A stretch of 64,000 bases of DNA. It comes from Nemertoderma westbladi (Eukaryota; Animalia; Xenacoelomorpha). A model generated the notes under the pieces. That model did not search any database and was not told where the DNA came from. It saw only the letters and a list, made by a program, of their open reading frames with translations. The DNA is taken from assembly GCA_032718475.1 (NCBI GenBank), contig JAUCBJ010008054.1, positions 1 through 64,000 of the forward strand, in the 5' to 3' direction. Shown piece after piece: positions 13,581 through 25,777 of this stretch. Positions within the stretch are counted from its first letter, which is position 1; every line of letters begins with the position of its first letter. The translations under genes were made by a program, and so were the position numbers.

Positions 13581-14326
13581 ACGAAGTCATGGGTGGAAAA
13601 CAAGGAGGAAAGGGACACGGTGGATCAACCGGGTTACCGGGTTCGGATCCACTCCCGGCAGGAGAGGAAGAAGAGGGCGAGTTTGGGGCGATGCCACCGA
13701 TAGAGAGGATTGCAGCCCCAGCGGGGGAAGAGGAGGAGGACGAGTTCGGGGCGATGCCGCCGATAGCGAGGATCGGCCACTCAGATGCAGACTGGGTGGG
13801 CAGGAGGGTGGTGACAGCCAGCGGGGCGAGAGCCTTCTGGGACAAACCCAGTAAGCGGGCCTGGGAGCACGGGGAGCCGGCAATGGATTTCGCAGCGAGT
13901 ACGATCAGGTTGGGCGAGCAACCCGGAACAGCACCACGGGTAGAGTTTGGGGAAACAATGCCGAGGGTGGAGGAGGACATCGACATGGGTAGGGAGGACA
14001 GCGTTCAGATGTTTGCCTACCAGCTGCTCCATAGACCCAGGAGGCCACGCGGAGCCAAGGACGACTTGGGGTGGGACACACTGGTACACTGTTGCGATTA
14101 CTGTGGGAGACTTACCCACCAGCAAAAGAACTATCTGTACCGTTTCCAGAAGGGGACGGCGTGTCTCTACTGCCGCGAGTCGACCCATAAGATGGGTGGA
14201 TGTCCAAGGTTGCACAACCGATGCTCGAAGTGTAAGTTCCGGGGCCACATTGAGCGCCAGTGCGATTGGGTGGATGACGAGGAGAAGTTCCGGATCTTCG
14301 AGGAGTGCAATTATCAACTGCTGTGA
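13562..14326 (+). CDS. Orphan zinc-knuckle protein (CX2CX4HX4C x2-3), TE-associated
   Basis: CLYCRESTHKMGGC and CSKCKFRGHIERQC, plus a degenerate CDYCGRLTH; duplicated acidic PAGEEEE..FGAMPPI repeat. The 5' end is a junction with Bel/Pao integrase. Confidence 0.5.
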   Translation: MPDLPMDEVMGGKQGGKGHGGSTGLPGSDPLPAGEEEEGEFGAMPPIERIAAPAGEEEEDEFGAMPPIARIGHSDADWVGRRVVTASGARAFWDKPSKRAWEHGEPAMDFAASTIRLGEQPGTAPRVEFGETMPRVEEDIDMGREDSVQMFAYQLLHRPRRPRGAKDDLGWDTLVHCCDYCGRLTHQQKNYLYRFQKGTACLYCRESTHKMGGCPRLHNRCSKCKFRGHIERQCDWVDDEEKFRIFEECNYQLL

Positions 14327-15039
14327 TTTATCAACACTGACAATCTAACTCTTTATTTTCAACGGCCTTCGGCCTAACATATCCAGCAATCAGCCAGCAG
14401 CTTACGAACGCGACGACGCGTACAGTCTACACCGGTCGGGAGCTGATACTGTCAACTCCATCAGTCCCGTCACAGTTTGCCGGATATTCAATTGATGTGT
14501 ACCGCCTTCTGGCAAAGCGGCACCCAGTTTAAGCTATCAATCACAGCTAGCGAGTAGCGACCCACGAACGGCGACCTTCAAACAAACAGGTGCAGAGCCG
14601 GAAATAACTGTCGTAGGCTTTGCTTGGCTTGTGGTACCATTTGATTACATAATAGATTTTGGCAGACTGGGCGGTCGCTCTGACAATATGTATTGCGCAC
14701 CAACAATGCCTAAAACATCTATGGGAACAGCCAATTAGTGCGCTCGAATCATTTCTATTTATTCCTGCCTCTATCTTTATTCTTTACTTTGTATAACACA
14801 ATTTACAGTGCGGCAAAGAAGGGCTGGTTGACCATTGAAATAAATGCATTGGTAAAGGAATTCGGCGTTCACATTCCTAAGGCCCTGTGGGCTAAACAAA
14901 TTTAAACAGTACTATACATTAATATAGATAGGGCAACAGACAAACTGTCTAAGACACATTCCGATAGCCCGCAATTATGGCGTCTCTAAAGAGTCAAAAT
15001 ATAAATTAATAAAACCTCTCTGAAACAATAAAAATACCT

Positions 15040-15342
15040 ACAAAAAAATACTGCAGAAATAAATATTAGTTACTGCAGTAACATATAATAATTACTGCAG
15101 TAACAAATATTTATTACTGCAGTAATAAATATTTATTACTGTAGCAACAAATATTTAGTACTGCAGTAACAAATATTTATTACTGCAGTAATCAATATTA
15201 ATAAATTAATAAATAATTGAATAAAAATTCCTACTGCGGTAACACATTATTTGTTACTGCAGAAAAAGAAAATTTATTATTACTGCAGTAAAAACTAATT
15301 CTTACTTTCAGTGACAAATATTTATTACTGCAGTATTTTTTG
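15040..15342. repeat. Palindromic ~22-bp repeat array / fold-back element
   Basis: Repeated TTACTGCAGTAA(C/T)AAATATTTA; ends AAAAAATACTGCAG and CTGCAGTATTTTTT are inverted. Confidence 0.7.
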
Positions 15343-15861
15343 GAGGCATATTTATTGTTATATAGAGGTTTTTATTACTTATATTTTACCCTTTAGTAGT
15401 CAAAGTCAATATACCCCATACCATTGGCAGTTTCAGGCAGGACTGTATGAAATGACTGACAGTACTACTTTGAAATCTTTGAGGACACTTTGTCATTTTC
15501 TTGGACCACTTTTAGAACTTTGAGACACTTTTAGTTCTTTGAGAAAATCTCAAAGAACAGATGCACTTTGAGACCCCGACTGTATATATACTTGCATGCA
15601 AAAATACAGAATGCCAACATCAACTGTAATGTGTAGGTAAAAAAACGCAAGTGTGATTATCTCAGAATTACAGTTTTGTCACATAGGACCTTTTTATGCT
15701 CAGCCCATAAATTTTTTTTAAATTTTCATCAATTTTGGTGTGACTTTAATTGGTAGCCTTTCGTATTGTGTCACGTACAATGAACGAACACATCTCCAAT
15801 CAGACTATACAACATTGGTGGTATTTCATTAGTCTCCCCTAGCTTGACATTTGAACGGAAC

Positions 15862-16048
15862 CGCCGCCGCTTGGCAGGACATTGCTTACGCCGTGAGGAC
15901 CAGCCAGTGCATAATCTTGTACTTTGGCGGCCTCATGGAGAGAATAAACATGGTGGGTGGACAGCCCATGACTTTCTTGAGACGCATCTCCAAAGACACT
16001 GGGCTTGAAGATGCGGATGATCTAGCAACTGTCATGGGTGATAGACGA
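15862..16048 (+). mobile_element. RTE-type LINE 3' end fragment
   Basis: Translates across a frameshift to RRLAGHCLRREDQPVHNLVLWRPHG...PMTFLRRISKDTGLEDADDLATVMGDR, a typical RTE C-terminus. Second copy at ~22688-22832. Confidence 0.7.
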
Positions 16049-16496
16049 AAGTCAATAGGACAGGTTACAGTTAAATTTTGAGAGTATTCAGCTGTTCTTT
16101 GCGTCGATTTTCCCCTGGAGAAGGATGAATTTTTAATTGTGCGTCAAAAGTCCCCCCACACCACCCCATATCTGTTACGTCACTATTCCCCCCTGAATCT
16201 CACTGGAAATATTAAATATTAATATAAGTACGTGGTAAGATCTTCTTAAATAATTATAATTATAAATAGCTAATATATTCCAAGATACTAGTTATAGGTC
16301 GTATAAAAATAATATAAACTAAAGTAACTCAAAAAAGTTCTGAATTCCATAAAACTATACTTGAGGACAATTTACATAATCGCCCTATACATAATTCAAT
16401 CCAAATAGATCGTTTTCATAAGTTTATTATCTACACGGGACATGGCCGTAACCGTAAACATAAGAAATCAACGATGGGAGTTTCCGCACAAAACGT

Positions 16497-17348
16497 TCAA
16501 TTATTTCTCAACCCGAACTCGGTGACTTTCCTCTGAGCATACTGCATCACGACCATGGAGCAGCCGTTGGATACAAAGCTCCGTATAGTACCCGGCCATA
16601 TCCCTCGATACAGACCCTTAAGACCGCCCCTCTCCCGTACCGTTACCCCTAACCTAGTCCACAACGAGCACTGAGTCCCGTAGCCCCCCTGTACCTGAGA
16701 CTTCATGTTCTCTAACGGCCAGACCAGCCACCAACCCAGAGTGGCGGCTACCCCGGAAATAATAAACGGCCCGAGAATCGGCCTTTCGAACGCGCTCGGA
16801 AGGTTCCGTCGACACGAGTCAATCATAATAAAATATGACGTCATTAATCCCATCGTACGTAACCAGGTTACGGAGAACCCGGTGTAGACGGCGCCCACGG
16901 TCCACGACTGCCCAGTCTGTCGTCGCACTTTAATCAACTCCAACGGGCTTTCTATAAGAGCCCGGGCCGATGAACCGGCCATCCCGGCCACGAGGACGCG
17001 CCACTGCAGGCCGAATGTGCCGGGGATCTCGGCCTTTAGGGCCGGCGTGTCGAGGTACGTGTATACGGCCTCGAATACGGCGAACTGGGTGGATCTGTAG
17101 ACCCCAGAGCCGCACAACGGGGGTATACAACCCCGGTAGAATCCTCGCAAACCTTCGCGCGCGTAGACGCCCCCTATCGTACGGAGCATTCCTCCCGACT
17201 CTGCGTAACCGCGTTGCGCTTGCATCTTCGTCTTTACCGTGTCCCACGGGTGACCCACAGCCACACTCGTCGTACCATAGAGAACGCCCACGCACAGACC
17301 TATGGCGCCCTCTTTTAGCCAATTAGATCTATTTTCGTTGTGCGTCAT
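16497..17348 (-). CDS. Mitochondrial carrier (SLC25 family), intronless, 283 aa
   Basis: Three PX[DE]XX[KR] signatures: HPWDTVK, SPLELIK, WPLENMK; EGLRGFYRG and GGLKGLYRG motifs; intact ATG to stop. Confidence 0.93.
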   Translation of the reverse strand: MTHNENRSNWLKEGAIGLCVGVLYGTTSVAVGHPWDTVKTKMQAQRGYAESGGMLRTIGGVYAREGLRGFYRGCIPPLCGSGVYRSTQFAVFEAVYTYLDTPALKAEIPGTFGLQWRVLVAGMAGSSARALIESPLELIKVRRQTGQSWTVGAVYTGFSVTWLRTMGLMTSYFIMIDSCRRNLPSAFERPILGPFIISGVAATLGWWLVWPLENMKSQVQGGYGTQCSLWTRLGVTVRERGGLKGLYRGIWPGTIRSFVSNGCSMVVMQYAQRKVTEFGLRNN

Positions 17349-18227
17349 TGTCTAGTTTCATTTAAGCTTATTTTAGATCCCATTCCCTAAGTTCTCGCCC
17401 CTTTTATGTCCTCCTCCAAGGTAAACAAATTAAAATTGTAGGCCTAATTAACCAAGTTAAGAAAATGAACTAAAAAATATCAATTTCTTTCTTTAAATGT
17501 CATATAAATTCTACATTAAATAATGATCTACAACAAAAAAAATTGCAAAATTATGATTTCATAATGAAAAAAACGGGTAGTTTAATAAATTAAACAAAAC
17601 AACCGCCATCCTTTGAGCTGTACAGTGTGTCAACAATTAATATAGTACAGCAAACAGCAGCACTAATATAATTGGTCGAAATAAACTGCCACATTCATCA
17701 GTTTAGAGTATTGGTTGGTTCTGGTTGACAAAGTATCATTTAGGGATAAAAACGATCAATATACTGTATGTTATGTTGAGTATACAGCTATGTAAGTAAC
17801 AGATGTTTTAAAGCATAATAATTAGGCTAAATTGCGTGTATTTTACGCAATTAATTTTTGGGGGTTGGGGTTGCCATGATTGTGGAATTATAGTTCAAAA
17901 GCACAAAAGGTTTACGGAAAATACAGAATCTCCAGATAACAACTCAAATAGGCCTACCCGCCTTATTTTATTATTGCTGTAGTAATATGTCGAATTAAAA
18001 AGGGTATCCAAACTGTAGGATAGTGATCACTATCAGTATCAACTGTATGTACATATAAATGTAAACCTATATAAGTAACAAGGGAGATTATTATTCTAGA
18101 ACTGAGATGAAAGAACATAGCTACAGTATACGAATATCTTATATTCTAATAGTTATATAATTAAAGTAATACATGAAAATATACTCAATGTCACTTCTTT
18201 CATTATCATACACAAACAACCGGCCCC

Positions 18228-18772
18228 CGACAACTCGTGTCCCAAATCAGGTCCGTATGACAGATTTTAGACATTTCGTGTCCATCAAATAGAAAACCAT
18301 AAGTTTATTATTTTGGTTTTGGTGAGGGTTTGTAAGTTTATGTTTGGTAAAGCCCTCAAATTATTGCCGTCGGCCGAAAGGGCCGTGAACGGCAGTTAAT
18401 TCAGCGAAATTAAACTACCGAGATTTACGTAGGGTTAGGATTCCGTGATAATTTTAATTCGCGTTTAGGCCTGCGCAAAAAATTCTGGGAGTTGTATGGC
18501 AGTATGGACACGGGTTGCATCCGCACAGGAATTCCCCCCTGTCGTTGTTTGGACAAGGGGTTGCGTTCACAAACGATATAGTTAGGTCCCTTTTCAAAAT
18601 CAAGGTGTATGTGGTAGAAGTACGTTGCGTCCACACACGATTTGTCAGAACTCGTATTATTGGTATGGACTGGACACGCGGTTGTATTGGTTTCATCCTG
18701 GGGGTGTCCATTTTCGGACTCGAATTATTTGGATACGGGTTGCGTCTTGCATCCATACTCGATGAGTTGTCG
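18228..18772. mobile_element. Possible MITE in the intergenic region
   Basis: CGACAACTC ... GAGTTGTCG inverted ends; internal GGACACG/CGTGTCC repeats. No TSD established. Confidence 0.35.
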
Positions 18773-19129
18773 TGTTGAAAACATAACATATCCTTTGTCT
18801 TTGTCTTTGTTTATTATTATCATTATTATGTACCGCGTACCGGTACCGTACTGCCGTAGTGTATTAATAACGGTAGTATGATTATCTGATTCTTGTGAAG
18901 ATATTATACACAGTATTATTGAAAAACTGCAAGCAGAAGTGCCAAGTTACTCAAGGACTAGTCTTTAATACAGTACTAGTCAGTCAGTTTCCTACTGGTA
19001 CTGAGGTCTGGCAGTGCTGTATGTTATCGTATCGTCTGATATTCCGATATTTGTTTGTGACGGTAGCAGTATTCCTGGATTCAGGGATTGGAGGATATGA
19101 ATCAAAGGTGACGACTAAAAGTCGGCGAA

Positions 19130-20398
19130 ATGGCTTTCCGCGTGGAGATAATATATTTAATTGGTTTCTTGGATATGTTGGGCGTGGCCTTTGTAATGCC
19201 GTTACGCACACCACGCTTAAACTTACTCGGCGCCAGGCCAGCACTAACCGGCTTGTACACGTCCATCTACGGCGGATTGCAACTGCTAACAGGCCCTTTA
19301 ATAGGCCACTGGAGCGACGAGTACGGTAGGAGATATATCCTTCTGCGATGCTGCGCTGTAATATCTATATGTTATCTCCTAGGCGGACTTTGTGCCTCCA
19401 TCGAGCCTTTCTTTCTATTAGTAGTGCCTTTAGCCTTCTTCAAACACACTCAATCACTATGCAAGATCTATATAACGGACGCAACGCCGTTCGAAAACCA
19501 AGGTCACGTTCACGGCGCTTTCAACGCGATCTCTAATGTTGGATTCGTTGCGGGTCCGGTCATAGGCGGATACATTTGGGACAACCCTGATGGATTTCTC
19601 ATCGTGTCTATTCTAGCTTCGTTATGTTTCATCCTATGCTTCCTAATCTCATTGTTTTTTCTCGGTGAGGTCCATCGGCATGCCACACCGAGCGAGCTCA
19701 GCCTTGATGCAGATCCAGACTCTCGCCTAGTCGGGACTACCGGCCCTACCGGTAGTCTCAGCAGTGTCCAACTCGCGGTCGCCCATTCTAGAAGTTTCCT
19801 TCACTCTCTGCAACAACTCCAATGGCCACTCATATGGGATAACTTCCTCACTCGCTTCCTCATAAGTAGCTCAATCATTATTTACCGAACAAACTTTAAC
19901 AACTTCATGACCGACCAGTTCGACGTTGGGCCCAAGTTTATCAGCTATATGATAGCTTTCGGCAGCATTGTTGGGGCTATCAGCGGCTTTCTCGTTGGCC
20001 ACTTGATGCGACTATGCGTGAACCACGATTTGTTGGAGATTTTCCTAACAACCATCATAGCGGCATCTGTTATCGGGATTACTACCGCCCCCAACGCTAC
20101 CTGCGTCTTCCTATTAGCAGCCCCGTTATCTTTCAGTCTCAGCGCCATGCGAGTTCTAACCAATCACATTCTCATAAGACGGGTTGGCGCCCAAAGTCTC
20201 GGTACGTTGCTAGGCGCCGCCCTATCAGTGACCTCGCTGTCTCGTATTGTGTTCCCTCTTATAGGCGGAGTTGTCTTCGAATACTCCCGGTTCGCCCCTG
20301 GTATCATTGGGGGCGGGTTAGCTAGCTCTGCCCTTGTTATCATGGTGGTTAGGTTATTGGTATTTGGGCAGCGTAGAGTACACGAACATTCCGAATAG
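19130..20398 (+). CDS. MFSD9: Major facilitator superfamily transporter, MFSD9-like, intronless, 422 aa
   Basis: YLIGFLDMLGVAFVMPL N-terminus; MFS motif A GHWSDEYGRR; FFKHTQSLCK; GFVAGPVIGG; about 12 hydrophobic segments. The MFS call is secure; the symbol is less so. Confidence 0.8.
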   Translation: MAFRVEIIYLIGFLDMLGVAFVMPLRTPRLNLLGARPALTGLYTSIYGGLQLLTGPLIGHWSDEYGRRYILLRCCAVISICYLLGGLCASIEPFFLLVVPLAFFKHTQSLCKIYITDATPFENQGHVHGAFNAISNVGFVAGPVIGGYIWDNPDGFLIVSILASLCFILCFLISLFFLGEVHRHATPSELSLDADPDSRLVGTTGPTGSLSSVQLAVAHSRSFLHSLQQLQWPLIWDNFLTRFLISSSIIIYRTNFNNFMTDQFDVGPKFISYMIAFGSIVGAISGFLVGHLMRLCVNHDLLEIFLTTIIAASVIGITTAPNATCVFLLAAPLSFSLSAMRVLTNHILIRRVGAQSLGTLLGAALSVTSLSRIVFPLIGGVVFEYSRFAPGIIGGGLASSALVIMVVRLLVFGQRRVHEHSE

Positions 20399-21330
20399 GG
20401 CGTAGAATATGAATTAATATTAAATAATGGACGTTATTAGTAATAGATAATAATTATTCTCGATCTCAGGGTTTGGATTCTTTCTAGTCGCAATAATATG
20501 TGCTATATTTTATTTTACCTTTTATACATATTTAATCCTAATTTATGTATTTGTAACATATTCTATGTGGGTTGTAATTAGTTTTTATTGTCGGTCAGTC
20601 TGTTTTTCAAAAACGTTAGACCGACAGGGGTCTCTAACATTCTCCCACTTTCATGTACGAAATGAAGGGCCCGGGGGGGGGGGGGGTGTTGGCGGAAATT
20701 CCATCTCATAGTTACAGTAGTGACATCATATTATAACCAAAACAATACAAAAAACGAAAAAACGAAATGAACAAACCCATAATATTACACAAAACAATAA
20801 ACGAATTAGTATCTGTCGCAAATTCCATCTTAGCGAGTTACAGTAACATTATATTCTATCGAAAATTATAAACGAGAGTCAAATATCACAGGATGCAGTG
20901 ATATTTTTGTCCGTAATCGCCTGTTACCGGTACTTGCTTTGTTTTTCTACTGTAGTTCCCCTCCAATTTTTGTTGACGTCATATGGCGAGCCCCCTTTTT
21001 CTATTTAAATAGAGAAAGTAAATGAAACTTTCAACCTATTCAAAATTTGATATGAACTGCTGTGTTTTCAAAATTGTAACTGTAGAAACGATTGTAGATG
21101 GAAAACATCTAATATGAAACATGTTGGTAAAACATAGTAACATATTTGGTGGAATTTATAAAATTGTATATTAATAGAGAATCACAAAATATAACAAGTA
21201 TAAAATGGTTGGATTTATTATTAAAAATGCCATCTTTAGCGTTTGCAGTTGTCTTTACCGTACGCGTATTCCCAATCCTTACACTAGTAGGAACATAACT
21301 TGAATTGTAGCCTGGTTAATGAACTATTAT

Positions 21331-21389
21331 TGGTTCACGGTCCTTGACATAGGTGACCATTATTACCGTAATGTGTGTGTGTGTGTGTG

Positions 21390-21420
<31 letters not shown>

Positions 21421-22396
21421 CCAGAGCGATATCTCAGTTATTTATTAATCAATCGAAACAAAATTTGGACAAAAGTTAGATATAGGGATGGCGAAGGCTC
21501 ATACAAAAAATTGGGTGTCGAGATGGTATTTGTGCGATGTGAGCGCTATATTTGCGTGTTTTCGCATGGTTTAGGAAAAAGCTATCTTGTCATAGGGAAC
21601 GCAATGAATGATTCTGATATTTGGCATGGAGGTACCTGAATTATTTGTAAATCGATTAACGGAGGCCGATTTTTAAATTTGGACCTACATTATGACCTAA
21701 TTGAAGATTTAATTAAGGTAATTAATTAGCACTGCTAGTACTGTCTGATTGTCTGCCTGTAGTAGGCATACCGGACCGGTACTACCTGACCACTGTAGGC
21801 CTATCTGCCTATCTTCATACTGTCATAGGTCAGTACAGCAGTAGGTCCTAGCCTAGCCCTAGCAGTAAATATAATATTTCGCCATGTTCGCAGGCGACTT
21901 CGCACTGACTACCAGTAGGCCTATGCAGCTATGCTATGAGATTAACCGTCCAGTCGTTCAGATGCATATGGTACCGGTACTGGAACGGGTTACGGTTTAA
22001 TCCTGCATTTGTCAATTACGACAATACCGGTACGACTTTGAGTACCGCTGTACCGGTACGCGGTAGCCTACCGTTACCGGTTGACCGGTAGGCGTAGGCG
22101 GTAGACCTACGGTGCGATGGTAGCCAGCCGGTAGGTGGTAGGCTTACCGTACCAGTATAAATGTTGGCGGATGGCGGGATGACGTCGTGTGGCGCGTAAT
22201 TACTTACCGGTTGCCGGTAGACGCCTACCCAACTCGTAACTGGTGGTCGTGGTCGTGGTGGGATGAGCACAGGAGCATGAGGTCGCCTACGATGGGAACA
22301 AGTGAAAAGGAAACATAGGCCTACCCGAACGAAAACGTATTATTATTGTACTGATTAAGTAGGAGGACCGTGAACCTTCCAGGCTTGCCAGCTTGT
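21331..22396 (+). mobile_element. Non-autonomous Helentron (HINE/DINE-1-like)
   Basis: 13-bp subTIRs GGTTCACGGTCCT (21332-21344) / AGGACCGTGAACC (22364-22376); (GT)n near the 5' end; 3' hairpin CAGGCT-TGCC-AGCTTG; inserted in a T run without TSD. Confidence 0.75.
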
Positions 22397-22687
22397 TTGA
22401 TTGGACGTTGAAATCATGTAAGGAATGGAGATAGGGGTCGAACTAGTGTAAGGGTTTTTATACTCAGTTGGAAGGTAGAAAGTGTTCCAAACGCTGTAAG
22501 GAATGGAGAAATTGGGTGAATTCATTCAAGGGTTATTATACCAACAGTATTATAAGAGTAGACTTAGACTAACATGTGATATTATTCTAGGCAGTAGAAC
22601 ATTGTGTAATGGTTTATACAGGGCTGCATGAGTAAGCTAAAACGATTAGATGAACATTGGCTATACTAGTGCCTCGGGATACATTCC

Positions 22688-22832
22688 TTTGCATGACATT
22701 GTTTTTGCCGTGAGGACCAGTCTGTGCCCAATCTTGTGCTTTGGCAGCCCCATGGAGAAAATAACATGATGGACAGACCATGACTTTCTTGAGACGCCTC
22801 TTAAAGGACACCGGGCTTGAATATGCGGATAT
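22688..22832 (+). mobile_element. RTE-type LINE 3' end fragment (second copy)
   Basis: Nucleotide similarity to 15870-16020 (GCCGTGAGGACCAG...CATGACTTTCTTGAGACGC...GGGCTTGAA). Confidence 0.7.
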
Positions 22833-24161
22833 TCTCGCGCGAAATTCATGGGGGATATGGAGTTATGGCGGTGTAACTTTGTTGATAAGCCGGCATAGCA
22901 TTCTTAATGCACGCTGCATTGGGATTCCCAATTGTGGATTGCATGATGGTGACAAAATGTTTTTGTTAAGCTGGCATAGCATCACTATGTGCTGTTTCAA
23001 TGCAGCAGGCCGATTATAGTAGGAATAGTCGGTCTGCTATTCGTGTCTATCCAACTGCACTAGCGCGAGGACGAGTAGCTCTTACATTAAACGGATGCGT
23101 GCTGTGCTGCTTGCCAACCTGCGGTACTGATAAGACTTCACGCGCTAAAAAACGCCCTAGAAACCTGTTGATAAACAAAAATGCAAGTCGAACAAATGCT
23201 AAAGGACATTGCAAATATTATTATTATTATATTATTAATATTAATTATTTCATTTGAGCTTTTATGTTTACATATTGTGAAATGCTTTTATGAATTTAAA
23301 ATGAACGAATTTTAATATTAAATACTACCAGTAAAACTACTTTATTATTATAATCTATTCGATCGGATAAGTCAAGGAGTAAATGGTGTGTAAAACGATT
23401 CCTTATACAACATTATTTCCACTCTAGTATACTGCTATTCGTATACATTTTTTACTGTCGCCTGACAATGAACCGTTTAATAGGCAGATAACCCTTACAT
23501 GATTTCACCCACTTTCTCCATTCCTTACAGCGTTTGGAACATTTTCTACCAGCCAACTGAGTATAAAACCCTTACACTAGTTCGACTCCTCTTTTCCTTA
23601 CATGATTTCAACGTCCAATCAAATAATAGTTAATTAACCAATCCAATGTGTTCATGCAAGAGGTGTTCCTAGTAGTGTAAGGATTGGGAATACGCTTACC
23701 GGTACACAGGCACAGTCTTCTAGATGGTGTTGCTAGTACTGTACATTTGTATTTCATTCATTAATAACAGGGTTTCTTGTCGAGGTTGCCACTACTGTTA
23801 CCGTAGAACCGAAGAGTAGACATAATTTCACTTCCAGGTTCAGTTTATTTGCAAGTTGCAACGTTACACGTCTACATCCTGTAAAGTCTACGTTATTATT
23901 GTTATTAAATTAGAATGCACAAGTGATTGCAACGTGATATTATTTTCTCTAGAAGGATAATATGGCTACAACTCGACTACAACTACATAACAACTCGAAT
24001 AAATTAAATTTCGTTCCTTAAATATCGTGATAGTTCGCACTAAGAAACATCCCTCGCATAACGAAACGGTTTTCTTTTGGGGGTTTACGCGTTTTGAGCG
24101 AAACATACAGTCTACACGCCCGAATCCGGGCGTGAATTAATTATGTACAGTATATGCAGTA

Positions 24162-24524
24162 GGGGGCCGTCCAAGTATGACGTCTGCACTTTTCCCAAAA
24201 ATGTTGACCCCCTCCCTCCTCTAAATCAGATGTCATCCGATAGGCGTTGACCCACCCCCCCCCCCCCCCCTCCCCTAAATCAGATTAAAATAATTTTCGC
24301 GTCCTAATCACTGAAACATGGTAACTGAAACAGAAGGTCGTGCTACGGGCCTTCGAACAATTAAAATAGGCAAGCTATTTACTCTTCTGCTATATCTCTT
24401 CTAGCACCTATAAATGAACATGGTGACGTCAGATTTTGGCTGACCCCCTCCCCTCATCAGCACGTCATCAGATTTTCCCAACCCCCCCCCCCCCCCTAAA
24501 GTGCTGACGTCATACTTGGACGGC
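24162..24524. mobile_element. MITE
   Basis: GCCGTCCAAGTATGACGTCTGCACTTT at 24166 vs AAAGTGCTGACGTCATACTTGGACGGC ending 24524 (27-bp TIR, 1 mismatch). Confidence 0.75.
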
Positions 24525-25777
24525 TTTTGATTGATTGATTGATTGATGTGAGCCTGTAAGGGCTCTTATATTTTGTTCCAGAATGACCGCACACAATTTA
24601 CAGACAATATTTAAATAAACAGTAGTTCACAAAACAAATTAAAATATAATTCACCTTGAGAGCATTTCAAATTTGTTTGTATGTTCTGCAATTTTTTTGT
24701 GTGCTATTATGTTTAAGTGCCCTGGCAGGAACTGACAGTAGCCCCTAGTACGTTGTAAATATAAGATAATATTGGTACAATTGAACAAAGAAATACCTTT
24801 AGACTACTGTACTACACTGTATTAATTATATACTGTAGCATGACGTTTCGTCGAAATTATATCGTTAGCATTTTATCATTAGGTAAGAAGTTATGTTCAT
24901 GTTAGATAATTCCAATGTGTAGGGTCTATTGCGTAAACTGTAAAGCTGTGTTTTAAACTATTAAGTAATATCGCGACACATGTACTGTACCGTTAGTAGT
25001 AGGCCTATAGGCTACAGTAATATAATTCTACAGGTAACCAATTACACATAATGAAAACATTTTGGAAGTGAGGCCTTCGCGCAGCACGAGAACATGAGAA
25101 CATTTAGCCGATTAATCTATTAGGTATGCGAAATCGGTAAAAGTAATTCTCATCATATTAACTTTCCACAATAATTCACTTAGTAACATAGCAAATACAG
25201 TACTGTAAAAAAAAAAAAAAGCAAATCATTCGATCAATCAAAACCAATCCTCATGTCCGACGCTAATAACAGTTGCGATTAAGTAACCAATAAACTGTAT
25301 TCCGTACTACAGTAAAACCGGTTCACTTTTGTTTGGTGTTTTGGTTGGAATAGCATTTTTAGCAACCAGCTCCCATACTTGTTTACCTAAAGTTAATAAT
25401 TAACAATGATGGTTCGCCATTCGTTTTATTGTGGCAATAGTTAAGAATAACTGTCAGTGTCGTTTTTGTGGTGCGTCAATAAGTGATAAGTTTCACATCT
25501 TTGAGGAATGTAAAATGGTGCAATGGTGTTAGTGATGGTAATAATTTAATCCTCCTTAAAAACATTTATATAGCCCTGTGCATCTCCAATGCGTATTTAG
25601 TTAGCTTGGTAAATAATATCGAATTAACCTAATTACCAATCAGCCAATTACAACTAATAACCAATGTTGGTTTTCGTCACTATAGTATATTATTATTATT
25701 ATTATTTATTAATCTGACAATACCAGACTGCCAGAATACAGCAATAGCCAATAACTCGTACTGTCTGAGAGTACCGG

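Larger units (their letters stand above)
21264..23695. mobile_element. Element with long imperfect terminal inverted repeats (fold-back/MITE)
   Basis: GCGTATTCCCAATCCTTACACTA at 21264 vs TAGTGTAAGGATTGGGAATACGC ending 23695; the inverted similarity continues between ~22397-22540 and ~23488-23640 once the Helentron insertion is removed. Confidence 0.75.

Noticed and set aside
10907-14317. Minus-strand ORFs (176, 136, 169, 151, 178 aa)
   Set aside because: Antisense shadows of the purine-rich Bel/Pao and zinc-knuckle frames.
18425-19329. Several 70-144 aa ORFs between the two transporter genes
   Set aside because: No recognisable motifs; they overlap a repeat element or the MFS gene in other frames.
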